Assembly (NCBI RefSeq): GCF_024197625.1
Contig: NZ_JAKUKD010000032.1
Coordinates: 271,716-295,715, forward strand
Reading direction: 5' to 3'
Length of the DNA: 24,000 bases
From: Shewanella sp. KJ2020
GTDB taxonomy: Bacteria; Pseudomonadota; Gammaproteobacteria; Enterobacterales; Shewanellaceae
The translations under genes were made by a program, and so were the position numbers. Below, one piece after another: positions 14,661 to 24,000 of the stretch. The notes under the pieces are model-generated. The model saw nothing but the letters and a program-made list of their open reading frames with translations, did no database searches and was not told where the DNA came from. How positions within the stretch are numbered: position 1 is the first letter of the stretch; each line of letters starts with the position of its first letter.

Positions 14661-15887
14661 ATGAAACAAGAATCATCATTTCTAGCTAAGTTGGCTAATG
14701 GCAGTTTAGTGTTGCAAATTCTCGTGGGGATAGTGGCAGGTATTATCTTAGCCAGCTTTTCACAGGACTGGGCTAAGCAAGTTGCATTTTTAGGCAGTTT
14801 ATTTGTGGGTGCGTTAAAGGCGATAGCACCTATTCTCGTGTTCATCCTAGTGGCATCCTCCATTGCCAATCAAAAGAAAAATACGCAAACCAATATGCGT
14901 CCCATCGTCGTGCTCTATTTATTTGGGACTTTTGCCGCCGCACTCATCGCCGTTATTCTTAGTAGCATTTTCCCCACCAATTTAGTCTTAGTGGCCGGAG
15001 TTGAAGGCACCAGTCCACCACAGGGAATTGGTGAGGTGATCAATACCTTGCTTTTTAAGCTGGTGGATAATCCTGTGAATGCGTTAATGACGGGCAACTA
15101 TATTGGTATTTTGGCTTGGGGCGTGGGTTTAGGTCTGGCACTGCACCATGCGAATGATTCGACCAAGCAAGTATTTGCCGATATGAGCCATGGTATTTCA
15201 CAAATGGTGCGCTTTATCATCCGTTTAGCACCAATCGGTATTTTTGGTTTAGTTGCGGCAACATTTGCCGAAACCGGTTTTGCTGCTATTGCGGGTTATG
15301 CGCAGCTACTGGCGGTATTATTGGGCGCTATGGCGATTATAGCTTTCATAGTTAATCCACTGATTGTGTATGTCAAAATTAAACGTAACCCTTATCCATT
15401 AGTACTACGTTGTCTGCGAGAAAGCGGAGTAACGGCCTTTTTTACCCGTTCGAGTGCGGCCAATATCCCGGTGAATATGGCGCTGTGTGAGAAGTTAAAT
15501 CTGCATGAAGACACCTACTCAGTCTCCATCCCCTTAGGTGCCACCATCAATATGGCTGGCGCGGCGATCACTATTACCGTATTGACCCTTGCGGCAGCTC
15601 ATACCTTAGGTATTCAAGTCGACTTGCTGACGGCATTACTATTAAGCGTGGTAGCCGCTATTTCAGCCTGTGGTGCGTCCGGCGTTGCGGGTGGGTCGTT
15701 ACTGCTTATTCCTCTGGCCTGTAGCTTGTTTGGCATTTCTAACGATGTTGCCATGCAAGTGGTCGCGGTGGGCTTTATTATTGGTGTTGTCCAAGATGCC
15801 GCCGAAACGGCATTGAACAGCTCTACCGATGTGATTTTTACGGCTGCCGCTTGTGAAGCTGCTGAAAACAAAGCTAAACTTGGATAA
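14661..15887 (+). CDS. sstT: Serine/threonine:sodium symporter SstT (DAACS family)
   Basis: 408 aa polytopic membrane protein. The N-terminus ...[24 protein letters not shown] and motifs such as [13 protein letters not shown] and [13 protein letters not shown] are typical of SstT. Confidence 0.92.
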   Translation: MKQESSFLAKLANGSLVLQILVGIVAGIILASFSQDWAKQVAFLGSLFVGALKAIAPILVFILVASSIANQKKNTQTNMRPIVVLYLFGTFAAALIAVILSSIFPTNLVLVAGVEGTSPPQGIGEVINTLLFKLVDNPVNALMTGNYIGILAWGVGLGLALHHANDSTKQVFADMSHGISQMVRFIIRLAPIGIFGLVAATFAETGFAAIAGYAQLLAVLLGAMAIIAFIVNPLIVYVKIKRNPYPLVLRCLRESGVTAFFTRSSAANIPVNMALCEKLNLHEDTYSVSIPLGATINMAGAAITITVLTLAAAHTLGIQVDLLTALLLSVVAAISACGASGVAGGSLLLIPLACSLFGISNDVAMQVVAVGFIIGVVQDAAETALNSSTDVIFTAAACEAAENKAKLG

Positions 15888-15924
15888 AGTGTGCTGTTGT
15901 TAGTGTAAACAGAAAGCATCATAG

Positions 15925-15952
15925 AAGCAGTCACTTAGGTGGCTGCTTTTTT
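15925..15952 (+). terminator. Rho-independent terminator after sstT
   Basis: AAGCAGTCAC (15925-15934), loop TTAG, GTGGCTGCTT (15939-15948, one G-U pair), with the T-run continuing to 15952. Confidence 0.75.
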
Positions 15953-15964
15953 ATGGGAGTAATT

Positions 15965-16495
15965 ATGATCCTTTTTGATTTTAAAGCGTTAGATGCGGCA
16001 AAGCCTTGGTATGGTGTCAACGACACTGTGATGGGCGGTTTATCCCGCAGTAAGCTCACCATTTCCCCCTTAGGTTATGGTGTTTTTAGTGGCCATGTGT
16101 CCTTGGCGAATGGCGGTGGGTTTGCCTCGGTGCGCGCTGAGTTTAACGCTGTGGATGTGAGCGCGTTCACCGGGATTTACCTTGAACTCGATGGTGACCG
16201 AACTAAAAACTATAAAGTGAACTTAAAGGATGTGGATACTCCACAGAGCACAGTTTATCAGGCTCCTATGCAAGCACCGAGTCACCAAGCTTTTGGGATT
16301 AATGGCACAAGTGCGTTGCACTGGCAGCGTATTGAAATTCCCTTCAGTGACTTTTTGCCCCAATGCCGAGGCAAACCCATTGCCCGTGTGGCAATCGATT
16401 TGACGAGGCTATCGAGTTTAGGGTTAGTCATCGGGGCACAGCAAAGCGGTGATTTTGCTTTAAAAATTGAATCGATAGGCTGTTATGAGGGATAA
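15965..16495 (+). CDS. CIA30-domain protein (complex I intermediate-associated protein 30-like family), function unknown in bacteria
   Basis: WYGVNDTVMGGLSRS...FSGHVSLANGGGFASVRA matches the CIA30 family pattern as I remember it. I prefer the ATG at 15965 (GGAG 5 nt upstream) because the track start at 15953 overlaps the sstT terminator T-run. Confidence 0.75.
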   Translation: MILFDFKALDAAKPWYGVNDTVMGGLSRSKLTISPLGYGVFSGHVSLANGGGFASVRAEFNAVDVSAFTGIYLELDGDRTKNYKVNLKDVDTPQSTVYQAPMQAPSHQAFGINGTSALHWQRIEIPFSDFLPQCRGKPIARVAIDLTRLSSLGLVIGAQQSGDFALKIESIGCYEG

Positions 16496-16510
16496 GTAGC
16501 TACTTATCCC
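16489..16510. terminator. 22-bp perfect palindrome between convergent genes (probable terminator)
   Basis: GGGATAAGTAGCTACTTATCCC includes the stop codon of the CIA30 gene and is followed by TTTGTGGAATTTGTGG on the plus strand. Confidence 0.5.
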
Positions 16511-16545
16511 TTTGTGGAATTTGTGGTATCAGGACTGAGTGCTGA

Positions 16546-17925
16546 CTATGCGCCGACTATGCCTAAGGGAGTGGCATATTGCCAAGCACCGCGGGTAAAG
16601 TCAGGGAAGTTGACTGAGTTACTGCGGTTATTCAGTGATTGCTCGCTTAGGATATTCACCACGGACCAAGATGCGCCATCGTACACATCCTGATCTAACG
16701 CTTCGCCGTTGCGCAGGCAATAAATCATCCGCCATAGCATCACAAAGTCCATGCCGCCGTGGCCGCCGTTGATTTCTGCTTCTTTCCCTATGCGCTGCCA
16801 TAGTGGGTGATCGTATTTGTCATACCACTTTTGCATATCCATATCCCACTCGTGGTAACTCTTACCAAAACCGCCATGTTCGACGGCAATTCGATTCGGG
16901 AAACCTGCAAACACGCCATTGGTGCCTTGGATTAAATTGTGGCGACTGTAAGGTCTTGGAGTCGTAGTGTCATGTTGCACCATGATGGTCCGACCCTTAA
17001 CGGTTTTAATTAGGCTAGTGCTCATATCGCCATTAATATATTTGAGCTGATTACGTTCATGATCGGCGGGGAATTCACTTTTAGCATAGAGTGCACGGCC
17101 AAGGGCAGGGGAACTCATCGAGGTTAAATAATCGAATCTGTCGCCGCGGTTGATATTCATATACTGGGACACAGGCCCTAAACCGTGGGTGGGATATAAA
17201 TTACCGTTGCGTTTAGTATGCCAGTAGGTCCGCCATGAGCCGGTTTTATGGTCGATTTCCTTCATTTGCCAGCGCAGTTCGTGGATATAGGCGGCTTCGC
17301 CGTGGAGCAATTCACCAAACACGCCTTGGCGCACCATGTTGAGCACCATGAGTTCTTCGCGGCCGTAGTTGACGTTCTCCATCATCATGCAGTTTTTCTG
17401 GGTGCGTTCGGCGGTATCGACAATTTGCCAGCATTCCTCAACCGTGAGCGCCAGCGGTACTTCAACAAAGGCGTGTTTACCGCTCTCCATCGTCTCTATC
17501 GCCATAGGCGCATGCCATTCCCAGGGGGTAGAAATAATCACAATATCAATATCATCACGGCTTAACAGCTCGCGATAGCTCAGGCCATTACCCGTATAAA
17601 CAGCGGGTTTTGGGCGATTTTGTTTAACGATATGATCTACAGCTCTATCAATAACCGCTTGGTGAGTATCGCAAATCGCTTTGAGTTCCACGCCCTCTAA
17701 ATGGCAAAACTGTTCGACATGGCTAAAGCCCCGCTCGCCGACCCCGATAAAGCCAACTCGTACCACCTCCATCTTGGGCGCTATGAGACCGATAACCGAT
17801 TTACCCGCTTGAGGTTTAGGGGCAACACTACTGGCGTTGGTATTGAGGGCAATATTGGCGGTGACGAGCCCTGCGGTGACGGCACCCGCGGCTTTAAGGA
17901 AATTGCGACGGTGAATATTATGCAT
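16546..17925 (-). CDS. Tat-exported NAD-binding Gfo/Idh/MocA-type oxidoreductase, glycoside hydrolase family 109-like
   Basis: 459 aa. Twin-arginine signal [19 protein letters not shown] and Rossmann motif [10 protein letters not shown] are present. Length and sequence resemble the proteins annotated as GH109 family in Shewanella (from memory). AGGAAG Shine-Dalgarno precedes the start. Confidence 0.85.
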   Translation of the reverse strand: MHNIHRRNFLKAAGAVTAGLVTANIALNTNASSVAPKPQAGKSVIGLIAPKMEVVRVGFIGVGERGFSHVEQFCHLEGVELKAICDTHQAVIDRAVDHIVKQNRPKPAVYTGNGLSYRELLSRDDIDIVIISTPWEWHAPMAIETMESGKHAFVEVPLALTVEECWQIVDTAERTQKNCMMMENVNYGREELMVLNMVRQGVFGELLHGEAAYIHELRWQMKEIDHKTGSWRTYWHTKRNGNLYPTHGLGPVSQYMNINRGDRFDYLTSMSSPALGRALYAKSEFPADHERNQLKYINGDMSTSLIKTVKGRTIMVQHDTTTPRPYSRHNLIQGTNGVFAGFPNRIAVEHGGFGKSYHEWDMDMQKWYDKYDHPLWQRIGKEAEINGGHGGMDFVMLWRMIYCLRNGEALDQDVYDGASWSVVNILSEQSLNNRSNSVNFPDFTRGAWQYATPLGIVGA

Positions 17926-18240
17926 AGGCTTCCTGCTTTATTTTTTGTTATTTGTAGGGATATTGATTGGTTATATCAGAAATAGGGTGGGAATTGGCAA
18001 GAAAAGATGTAACAAGCTCATTCATCCGAGCGGATAAGTCTTTTAGCTGCCTTTACTTTAGCGATAAGTAAATAGTGATAAAGATCGCGTTTTTATTTTC
18101 CGATTGAGCTACACTGCCGATTAATTGGTCTAGGGGATTTATCTTTTATATTTTAAATATTTAGCAAATTTTAATTAACTAAAAAATTACATTTGAGGTT
18201 GATTGGAGGGAATTTGCTGCTCTGGGGAGTAAAGCGTTAA

Positions 18241-18675
18241 ATGGGTTCTATGCTTAATGTACTACCACAACTGACATTCACTTTAGGTGATTGGGTATTG
18301 CATAAGGATATCAGGATGTCTGGGATTGAAAAACGCCGTCGCCTTCATTGGCGGGAGACAGATATGCAAAATCGTGAAATTATAGGTCGTTGGTTAGATG
18401 AGCGTCCTCTATTAGGGGATAAGATCACTTTATATAAAGAAGACGAAAAGTATTTCTTAGAAACCTGGTTTAGCGATGGTTGCCATAGTTTAGATGAAGT
18501 CCGTATGACTGATCTGCCCGAAGGTCGCAAAGTCGAAGATGTGGGCGGCAATTTCTTTGGCGAATACTTTCTGGTGACACCTTCGTTGCAGCTACAATTT
18601 TGCAATGAACAGGGCTGTTACTTCCAAGTCGATAAATTAATGGCTGATATCGATTTTAATCAGCGCGTTGCTTAA
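18241..18675 (+). CDS. Hypothetical protein (start uncertain: 18241, 18316 or 18364)
   Basis: The open frame is 144 aa. The best ribosome-binding context is GGGAGA 5 nt before the ATG at 18364, which gives 103 aa: MQNREIIGRWLDERPLLGDKITLYKEDEKYFLETWF.... I do not recognise a family. Confidence 0.6.
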   Translation: MGSMLNVLPQLTFTLGDWVLHKDIRMSGIEKRRRLHWRETDMQNREIIGRWLDERPLLGDKITLYKEDEKYFLETWFSDGCHSLDEVRMTDLPEGRKVEDVGGNFFGEYFLVTPSLQLQFCNEQGCYFQVDKLMADIDFNQRVA

Positions 18676-18688
18676 AGCCGCTGCTTGC

Positions 18689-18716
18689 TAAGGGGCCGTA
18701 TTAACTAGGCCCCTTA
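18689..18716. terminator. Stem-loop between convergent genes (TAAGGGGCC-N10-GGCCCCTTA)
   Basis: 9-bp GC-rich stem at 18689-18697 and 18708-18716, followed by GGTTTGTAC on the plus strand. Confidence 0.6.
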
Positions 18717-18731
18717 GGTTTGTACTATGGC

Positions 18732-19403
18732 TTATTCACTAAAAGGGGGTTTGCTGTAAAAACACATGGCCTTGCCAGAGTAGGGATGGCTAAAACATAA
18801 ACTTTGGGCGTGTAGGCATAACCGCGGCCTAGCGCTGATAACCTCCGTATTGCCGTAAAACTCATCCCCTAAAATAGGATGCCCAAGGGCAAGCATATGC
18901 ACACGTAACTGATGGGTGCGGCCTGTTTCCGGCGAAAGCTCGACTAAGGTGCTGTTTTCTCTGTGCTCTAATACTCGGTAATGGGTGAGGGCGCTCTTGC
19001 CGCCCGTTTCTCCCGTCTGCAGCACTTTCTGATAGGGCGGATGCTCAGTGTCCGGCGCAATGGGCAGATCGATCACTCCCTGTTGCTGCTGCACGTGTCC
19101 CATTACTTCGGCAATATAGATTTTCTGACTCTGTCTGTCTTGGAACTGAGTCTTTAAATGGGATTCGGCTTTTTTATTGCGGGCGAACACCATAATACCC
19201 GAGGTTGCGCAGTCGAGCCGGTGTACTAGAATCGTTTCAGGATAAAGGCTTTGTAAGCGGGTTAGCGCACAATCGAAGGTGTGGGCCGCTATCCCCGGAT
19301 TAGACAATAAACCTGAGGGTTTATTGATGATTATCAAGTCTCTATCTTTATAGCGGATGTCTAGCCAAGGCACTGCTGGGGGCTGGTAATCAAATATCTG
19401 CAT
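18732..19403 (-). CDS. rluA: RluA-family pseudouridine synthase (rRNA/tRNA dual-specificity type)
   Basis: Catalytic motif HRLDCATSGIMVFA is present. The N-terminus MQIFDYQPPAVPWLDIRYKDRDLIIINKPSGLLS aligns with E. coli RluA. I chose the ATG at 19403 (AAGAGGA 5 nt upstream), giving 223 aa, rather than the track start at 19448. Confidence 0.88.
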   Translation of the reverse strand: MQIFDYQPPAVPWLDIRYKDRDLIIINKPSGLLSNPGIAAHTFDCALTRLQSLYPETILVHRLDCATSGIMVFARNKKAESHLKTQFQDRQSQKIYIAEVMGHVQQQQGVIDLPIAPDTEHPPYQKVLQTGETGGKSALTHYRVLEHRENSTLVELSPETGRTHQLRVHMLALGHPILGDEFYGNTEVISARPRLCLHAQSLCFSHPYSGKAMCFYSKPPFSE

Positions 19404-19433
19404 CTTGTCCTCTTCTTTGCGCGCCAATACTAG

Positions 19434-19476
19434 CAAAATATCAGTCACTAAGCAGTAGATTCTCTCTAGTGATACT
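19434..19476 (-). terminator. Possible attenuator/terminator hairpin between the thioredoxin-like gene and rluA
   Basis: On the minus strand, CAGTATCACTAG pairs with CTTAGTGACTG (10 bp with a 2-nt bulge) and is followed by TATTTTGC. The structure is weak, and only 30 nt remain before the rluA start. Confidence 0.3.
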
Positions 19477-19485
19477 GCGGCGGTA

Positions 19486-20040
19486 TTAAAACTGTGCCAA
19501 CCACAATCTGAATTTCATGCCCCAGGAAGACGTGGCTCCAGAGGTAACATAACGAATGTTACCTTGAGTATCGATAATATAAATGGCGGGAAACGCTATT
19601 GCACCCCAGTTGGCACTTTGTTCGCCGCTGTCATCGTTAAACACCGGGAAGTGATATTGATGTTCGTTCATATAGGTCTGAATATCGCTATCGCTGCCAG
19701 AAGCGGCTGCGACTGAAATCACCCGATGATCTTGAGCAACGGTTTCAACCATTGGTGAGGTGACTCGGCACACTGGGCACCAGGTTCCCCAAAAATACAC
19801 TAACGTGGGCTCAGTCTTGGCGGCATTAAGCGCAAGCTGGCTACCATCAATGGTGATACCACTTAATGCTGGTGCTTGGCCTGTGATCATATCCCGTTGC
19901 AAATAGAGGCTAACGCCATAGAGTACCAGCGCCATGATGGCGAGATCCCTACACTGTTTGAGCCAAAATTGCGGACTGCGCAGCTTTTGGCGCCAACCTT
20001 GGGGATGAGATGGCTTGGCCGTTGGGTTTGTAGGCGTCAC
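19486..20040 (-). CDS. Membrane-anchored thioredoxin-fold thiol:disulfide oxidoreductase (TlpA/ResA/DsbE-like)
   Basis: 184 aa. One N-terminal hydrophobic anchor (LAIMALVLYGVSLYL) and the redox motif FWGTWCPVCR are present. The start is GTG with AGGA upstream. Confidence 0.85.
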   Translation of the reverse strand: MTPTNPTAKPSHPQGWRQKLRSPQFWLKQCRDLAIMALVLYGVSLYLQRDMITGQAPALSGITIDGSQLALNAAKTEPTLVYFWGTWCPVCRVTSPMVETVAQDHRVISVAAASGSDSDIQTYMNEHQYHFPVFNDDSGEQSANWGAIAFPAIYIIDTQGNIRYVTSGATSSWGMKFRLWLAQF

Positions 20041-20180
20041 GGGAGTATTATCCTAGGTTTGTATACGTTATCGCAAAGCGGTGAGTTTAAGCTCCTAAGC
20101 TTAAAAAAGGATTGATAACTGAGTTAAGTCATTTGGTTAGAGCATTGTGCTAAATTATTACAGTCAATCAGTCGGGTAAT

Positions 20181-20849
20181 TTATTCCGCTAACTCATTTG
20201 GTAAATAGTTAATCGGAGTTTTGCGGCTCCAAATACGGGTATAGGCCATCAATTGCGGATAAAAGGTGCGAAATGCGGTTTCTGTCTCAATCTGCATCTT
20301 GGCTAAAGTCTTTTCCGTCCCTTTAAACAAGGCGCTTTGTGGGTGATTCTTTGCCCTTTGTGTTAATGCCTGTTGTATGCCTTTAGGCGTAGCATAGCTG
20401 TTTAACCAATCCTCGCGGCGCATGTCGGCAACTAGGCTTAGGAGTGGCTGTGGATGGTAGGCATCGCTGGCCTGTGATGCAAAAATATCCAGCTCGTTGT
20501 AGGCTTTTAAACTAAAATTCTGTAGCGTCTCGGGATGGTATTCTTCCCAGTAGTAGGCTAAATAATGATCGAAGCTTACAAACATGAGATCCGCTGCTAT
20601 GATTTTTAACTGCGCAGGAAATAACTCAAGTAATTCTTGGGTGAGTTCATGACTGGCACAAAGGGCATTTATTTCCTGACTTAGCCATAAGCCCTGGCGC
20701 AATGGTGCGGGTGCGTCGGCAATAGGTGCAGTAATATAGTTGCCGGCGAGATTTGCGGCGAGATGGGTTTTGCTAATATCGGCGAGATGTAAGTGCGTAA
20801 GAAGGTTCATTTTTTGTGCTTGGTTAATCGCGTCTACCCACGGTATCAT
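20181..20849 (-). CDS. Hypothetical protein (222 aa)
   Basis: Long ORF with normal composition, on the same strand and upstream of the thioredoxin-like gene and rluA. I see no recognisable motif and no clear Shine-Dalgarno at either candidate start. Confidence 0.65.
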   Translation of the reverse strand: MIPWVDAINQAQKMNLLTHLHLADISKTHLAANLAGNYITAPIADAPAPLRQGLWLSQEINALCASHELTQELLELFPAQLKIIAADLMFVSFDHYLAYYWEEYHPETLQNFSLKAYNELDIFASQASDAYHPQPLLSLVADMRREDWLNSYATPKGIQQALTQRAKNHPQSALFKGTEKTLAKMQIETETAFRTFYPQLMAYTRIWSRKTPINYLPNELAE

Positions 20850-21009
20850 GTGCGGGCGCGCTTAGGAAAGCGCAATAGGCAAAAATGCGGTGCTTTTTTA
20901 TATTTAGTGAGCAAATTATTTAGCCAGATAGCTTAGCATTCCAATGTGGACACTGGAATTGCGTGGCTTGTTAATCTGGTATCAAACCAACAACCTTTTA
21001 GGATCATGG

Positions 21010-21219
21010 ATGATGTGGAACTGGTTCATCAAAATGCTCGGTAAAGACGAGCGTTCCAAGCGCAAGAAAGTGCTTGTCGATATTCCCTATGAACAACACC
21101 GTTTTAGTCTGGATAATTTTGCTCGTCATCGAACTAAGTTCGACAACGACGATGCATTAGAATTGACGGGCTTAGATGATCAGAACTCAGCGCAAGAAGT
21201 GCATCTGGATAACAAGTAA
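21010..21219 (+). CDS. Small hypothetical protein (69 aa; basic N-terminal half, acidic C-terminal half)
   Basis: The in-frame ATG at 21010 has AGGA 6 nt upstream and gives MMWNWFIKMLGKDERSKRKKVLVDIPYEQHRF...DDQNSAQEVHLDNK. The track start at 20944 lacks a ribosome-binding site. Confidence 0.45.
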   Translation: MMWNWFIKMLGKDERSKRKKVLVDIPYEQHRFSLDNFARHRTKFDNDDALELTGLDDQNSAQEVHLDNK

Positions 21220-21230
21220 TCTTGATATTC

Positions 21231-21280
21231 TTGGCCTCTAACCATAGACTAGCCGCCGTTCTAAGCTATGTAGAGGCCAA
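21231..21280 (+). promoter_or_regulatory. Stem-loop whose 3' arm contains the queA Shine-Dalgarno
   Basis: TTGGCCTCTA (21231-21240) is the exact reverse complement of TAGAGGCCAA (21271-21280). An inner CATAG/CTATG pairing extends the stem. The queA ATG is at 21284, and the GAGG of its ribosome-binding site is inside the 3' arm. Confidence 0.5.
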
Positions 21281-21283
21281 TCC

Positions 21284-22321
21284 ATGCGTGTTGCAGACTT
21301 TTCCTTCGATCTTCCCGATGAGCTGATCGCTCGTTATCCTATGGCGCAGCGTAATGCGTCACGTCTGTTAACCTTAGATGGCAACACCGGTGCGCTCGCT
21401 GATAAACAGTTTACCGATCTGCTGGGAATGATAAATCCCGGCGATTTAATGGTGTTCAATAATACCCGAGTCATCCCTGCGCGCCTGTTCGGCCAAAAAG
21501 CCAGCGGCGGCAAATTAGAGATTTTAGTTGAGCGTATGCTCGATGATAAGCGCATCCTCGCCCATGTCCGCAGCTCTAAATCCCCTAAAGTGGATTCGTT
21601 AATTCTGCTCGATGGCGGTTATCAAATGAAGATGCTCGCCCGTCACGATACCTTGTTTGAACTTGAGTTGTTATCCGAGTTGACCATTCTAGAAGTGCTC
21701 GAAGCGGTCGGGCATATGCCTCTACCGCCTTATATTGATAGACCCGATGAAGATGCCGATAAAGAGCGTTATCAAACGGTATATAACCAAAACCCGGGGG
21801 CGGTCGCCGCGCCAACGGCAGGATTACACTTTGACGATGCCATGCTCGAGGCGTTAAAAGCCAAGGGGGTGAATATTGCCTTTGTGACCTTGCATGTGGG
21901 TGCTGGTACTTTCCAACCCGTGCGCGTCGATACCATTCTTGAACACAAGATGCATTCAGAGTGGGCCAATGTGCCGCAGGATGTGGTGGATTTAATTGCT
22001 AAAACCAAAGCGGTGGGTAAACGTGTGGTTGCCGTTGGTACGACGTCGGTGCGCTCCTTAGAGAGTGCGGCGCGCGCCAGCCAGGGTGAGCTTAAAGCCT
22101 TTAGTGGCGATACCGATATCTTTATTTATCCTGGTTATCAATTCCAAGTGGTCGATGCCATGGTGACAAACTTTCATCTACCTGAATCGACGCTGATCAT
22201 GCTAGTCAGTGCCTTTGCGGGTTTTGACCATGTGATGACGGCTTATCGCCATGCCATCACGGAAAAATATCGCTTTTTTAGCTATGGCGATGCCATGTTT
22301 GTGACGAAAAAAGCCCACTAG
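21284..22321 (+). CDS. queA: S-adenosylmethionine:tRNA ribosyltransferase-isomerase
   Basis: 345 aa. [19 protein letters not shown]..., PLPPYI and [11 protein letters not shown] are typical QueA sequences. tgt follows. Confidence 0.96.
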   Translation: MRVADFSFDLPDELIARYPMAQRNASRLLTLDGNTGALADKQFTDLLGMINPGDLMVFNNTRVIPARLFGQKASGGKLEILVERMLDDKRILAHVRSSKSPKVDSLILLDGGYQMKMLARHDTLFELELLSELTILEVLEAVGHMPLPPYIDRPDEDADKERYQTVYNQNPGAVAAPTAGLHFDDAMLEALKAKGVNIAFVTLHVGAGTFQPVRVDTILEHKMHSEWANVPQDVVDLIAKTKAVGKRVVAVGTTSVRSLESAARASQGELKAFSGDTDIFIYPGYQFQVVDAMVTNFHLPESTLIMLVSAFAGFDHVMTAYRHAITEKYRFFSYGDAMFVTKKAH

Positions 22322-22337
22322 AGCAAGATTTTGTTTT

Positions 22338-22375
22338 AAAATGGCCGCCCAAATTGCGTTGTGCGGCATTTTTTT
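22338..22375 (+). terminator. Rho-independent terminator/attenuator between queA and tgt
   Basis: AAAATGGCCGC...GCGGCATTTT. The core stem is GCCGC/GCGGC plus flanking pairs, with one bulged G and a 14-nt loop, followed by a run of seven T (22369-22375). Confidence 0.6.
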
Positions 22376-22478
22376 ACCCTTAAAGGTTGAACCTTTTAGG
22401 GCGGTCCCCATCTCTATTGTTAATCAAAATGGCATTAGCCATTAAAAATGTAGTCAGACTGTTTATCTGGCGAGGTGA

Positions 22479-23606
<1,128 letters not shown>

Positions 23607-23632
23607 TTTTTTGCTAATAAGAAGAGAAAACT

Positions 23633-23965
23633 ATGTTTATTTCAAATGCATATGCAAGCGCAGCTGGTGCACCACAGGGTGGCGGTACTATGGAACTGAT
23701 TTTCATGCTGGCGATTTTCGGCTTGATTTTCTATTTCATGATTTTCCGTCCGCAATCAAAACGCGTTAAAGAGCACAAAAATCTAATGTCATCATTAGGT
23801 AAAGGTGATGAAGTGCTGACCAGCGGCGGAATTTTAGGCAAGATTGCAAAAATCAGTGATGAAAGTGATTACGTGTTACTGAGCTTAAACGACACGACCC
23901 AAATCACGATCAAAAAAGACTATATTGCAGCTGTATTGCCTAAGGGCTCTATCCAGTCGTTGTAA
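23633..23965 (+). CDS. yajC: Preprotein translocase accessory subunit YajC
   Basis: 110 aa, collinear with E. coli YajC by eye (FGLIFYFMIFRPQSKRVKEHKNLM...GDEVLTSGGILGKI...AAVLPKG). Confidence 0.95.
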   Translation: MFISNAYASAAGAPQGGGTMELIFMLAIFGLIFYFMIFRPQSKRVKEHKNLMSSLGKGDEVLTSGGILGKIAKISDESDYVLLSLNDTTQITIKKDYIAAVLPKGSIQSL

Positions 23966-23982
23966 GCCAAGAGGGCTCAGGC

Positions 23983-24000
23983 GTGTTAAATAAATACCCA
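23983..24000 (+). CDS. secD: Protein translocase subunit SecD, first 6 codons only (continues beyond window)
   Basis: GTG at 23983, with GAGGG 7 nt upstream, encodes (M)LNKYP. This matches the SecD N-terminus (E. coli MLNRYP) and the conserved yajC-secD order. Confidence 0.6.

Noticed and set aside
9526-17985. Antisense or overlapping ORFs of 60-130 aa inside longer genes (for example 10045-10347, 11928-12320, 13126-13398, 14263-14556, 15614-15934, 17248-17565, 17701-17985, and similar ones inside gltX, queA and tgt)
   Set aside because: Each lies wholly or largely within a longer, well-supported gene on the opposite strand or in another frame. They have no ribosome-binding sites and low-complexity or unusual composition. 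They are typical shadow ORFs.
20084-20103. Hairpin TTTAAGC-TCCTAA-GCTTAAA as the terminator of the 222-aa gene
   Set aside because: On the transcribed (minus) strand the U-run precedes the stem rather than following it. It has the wrong orientation for an intrinsic terminator.
21250-21283. preQ1-I riboswitch upstream of queA, based on GTTCTAAGCTA resembling the B. subtilis aptamer loop
   Set aside because: The similarity covers only about 10 nt and includes an insertion. The P1 stem is in the wrong position relative to it, and there is no A-rich 3' tail for the pseudoknot. It is retained only as an SD-sequestering hairpin.

Overview
By eye, from the protein sequences and gene order (no database search run), this 24-kb window looks like conserved core chromosome of a Shewanella-like gammaproteobacterium. 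I see no phage, IS, integrase, CRISPR-Cas, toxin-antitoxin or defence-island genes.

Gene order:
- dctQ' and dctP (TRAP transporter, minus strand), with a sigma54-type promoter.
- A small hypothetical gene.
- Nine tandem tRNA-Val(UAC) genes on the minus strand.
- gltX (GluRS).
- A plus-strand array of 2 tRNA-Ala(GGC), 7 tRNA-Glu(UUC) and 2 truncated tRNA-Glu relics.
- A (CACAAGC)x12 heptanucleotide microsatellite.
- An ABC exporter.
- An AdaA-AlkA fusion gene followed by ogt.
- A DEAD-box helicase, a CX5R phosphatase, cheV and sstT.
- A CIA30-domain protein convergent with a Tat-signal GH109/Gfo-Idh-MocA oxidoreductase.
- A hypothetical gene.
- rluA, a TlpA-like thioredoxin and a 222-aa hypothetical gene, all on the minus strand.
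- A small basic/acidic ORF.
- queA, tgt, yajC and the first codons of secD.

The most unusual structure is the tRNA super-cluster around gltX: 18 intact tRNA genes in about 4.5 kb. It includes six perfectly identical 102-bp Val units, a modular Glu array carrying duplicated deletion scars, a G1-U72/A73 acceptor end on every tRNA-Glu, and a tRNA promoter that starts 8 nt after the gltX stop codon. Secondary points are a 10-bp hairpin that would sequester the queA Shine-Dalgarno, an intrinsic terminator between queA and tgt, and a promoter relic next to the microsatellite.

I cannot point to a clearly novel multi-gene system here. The findings are scored accordingly.
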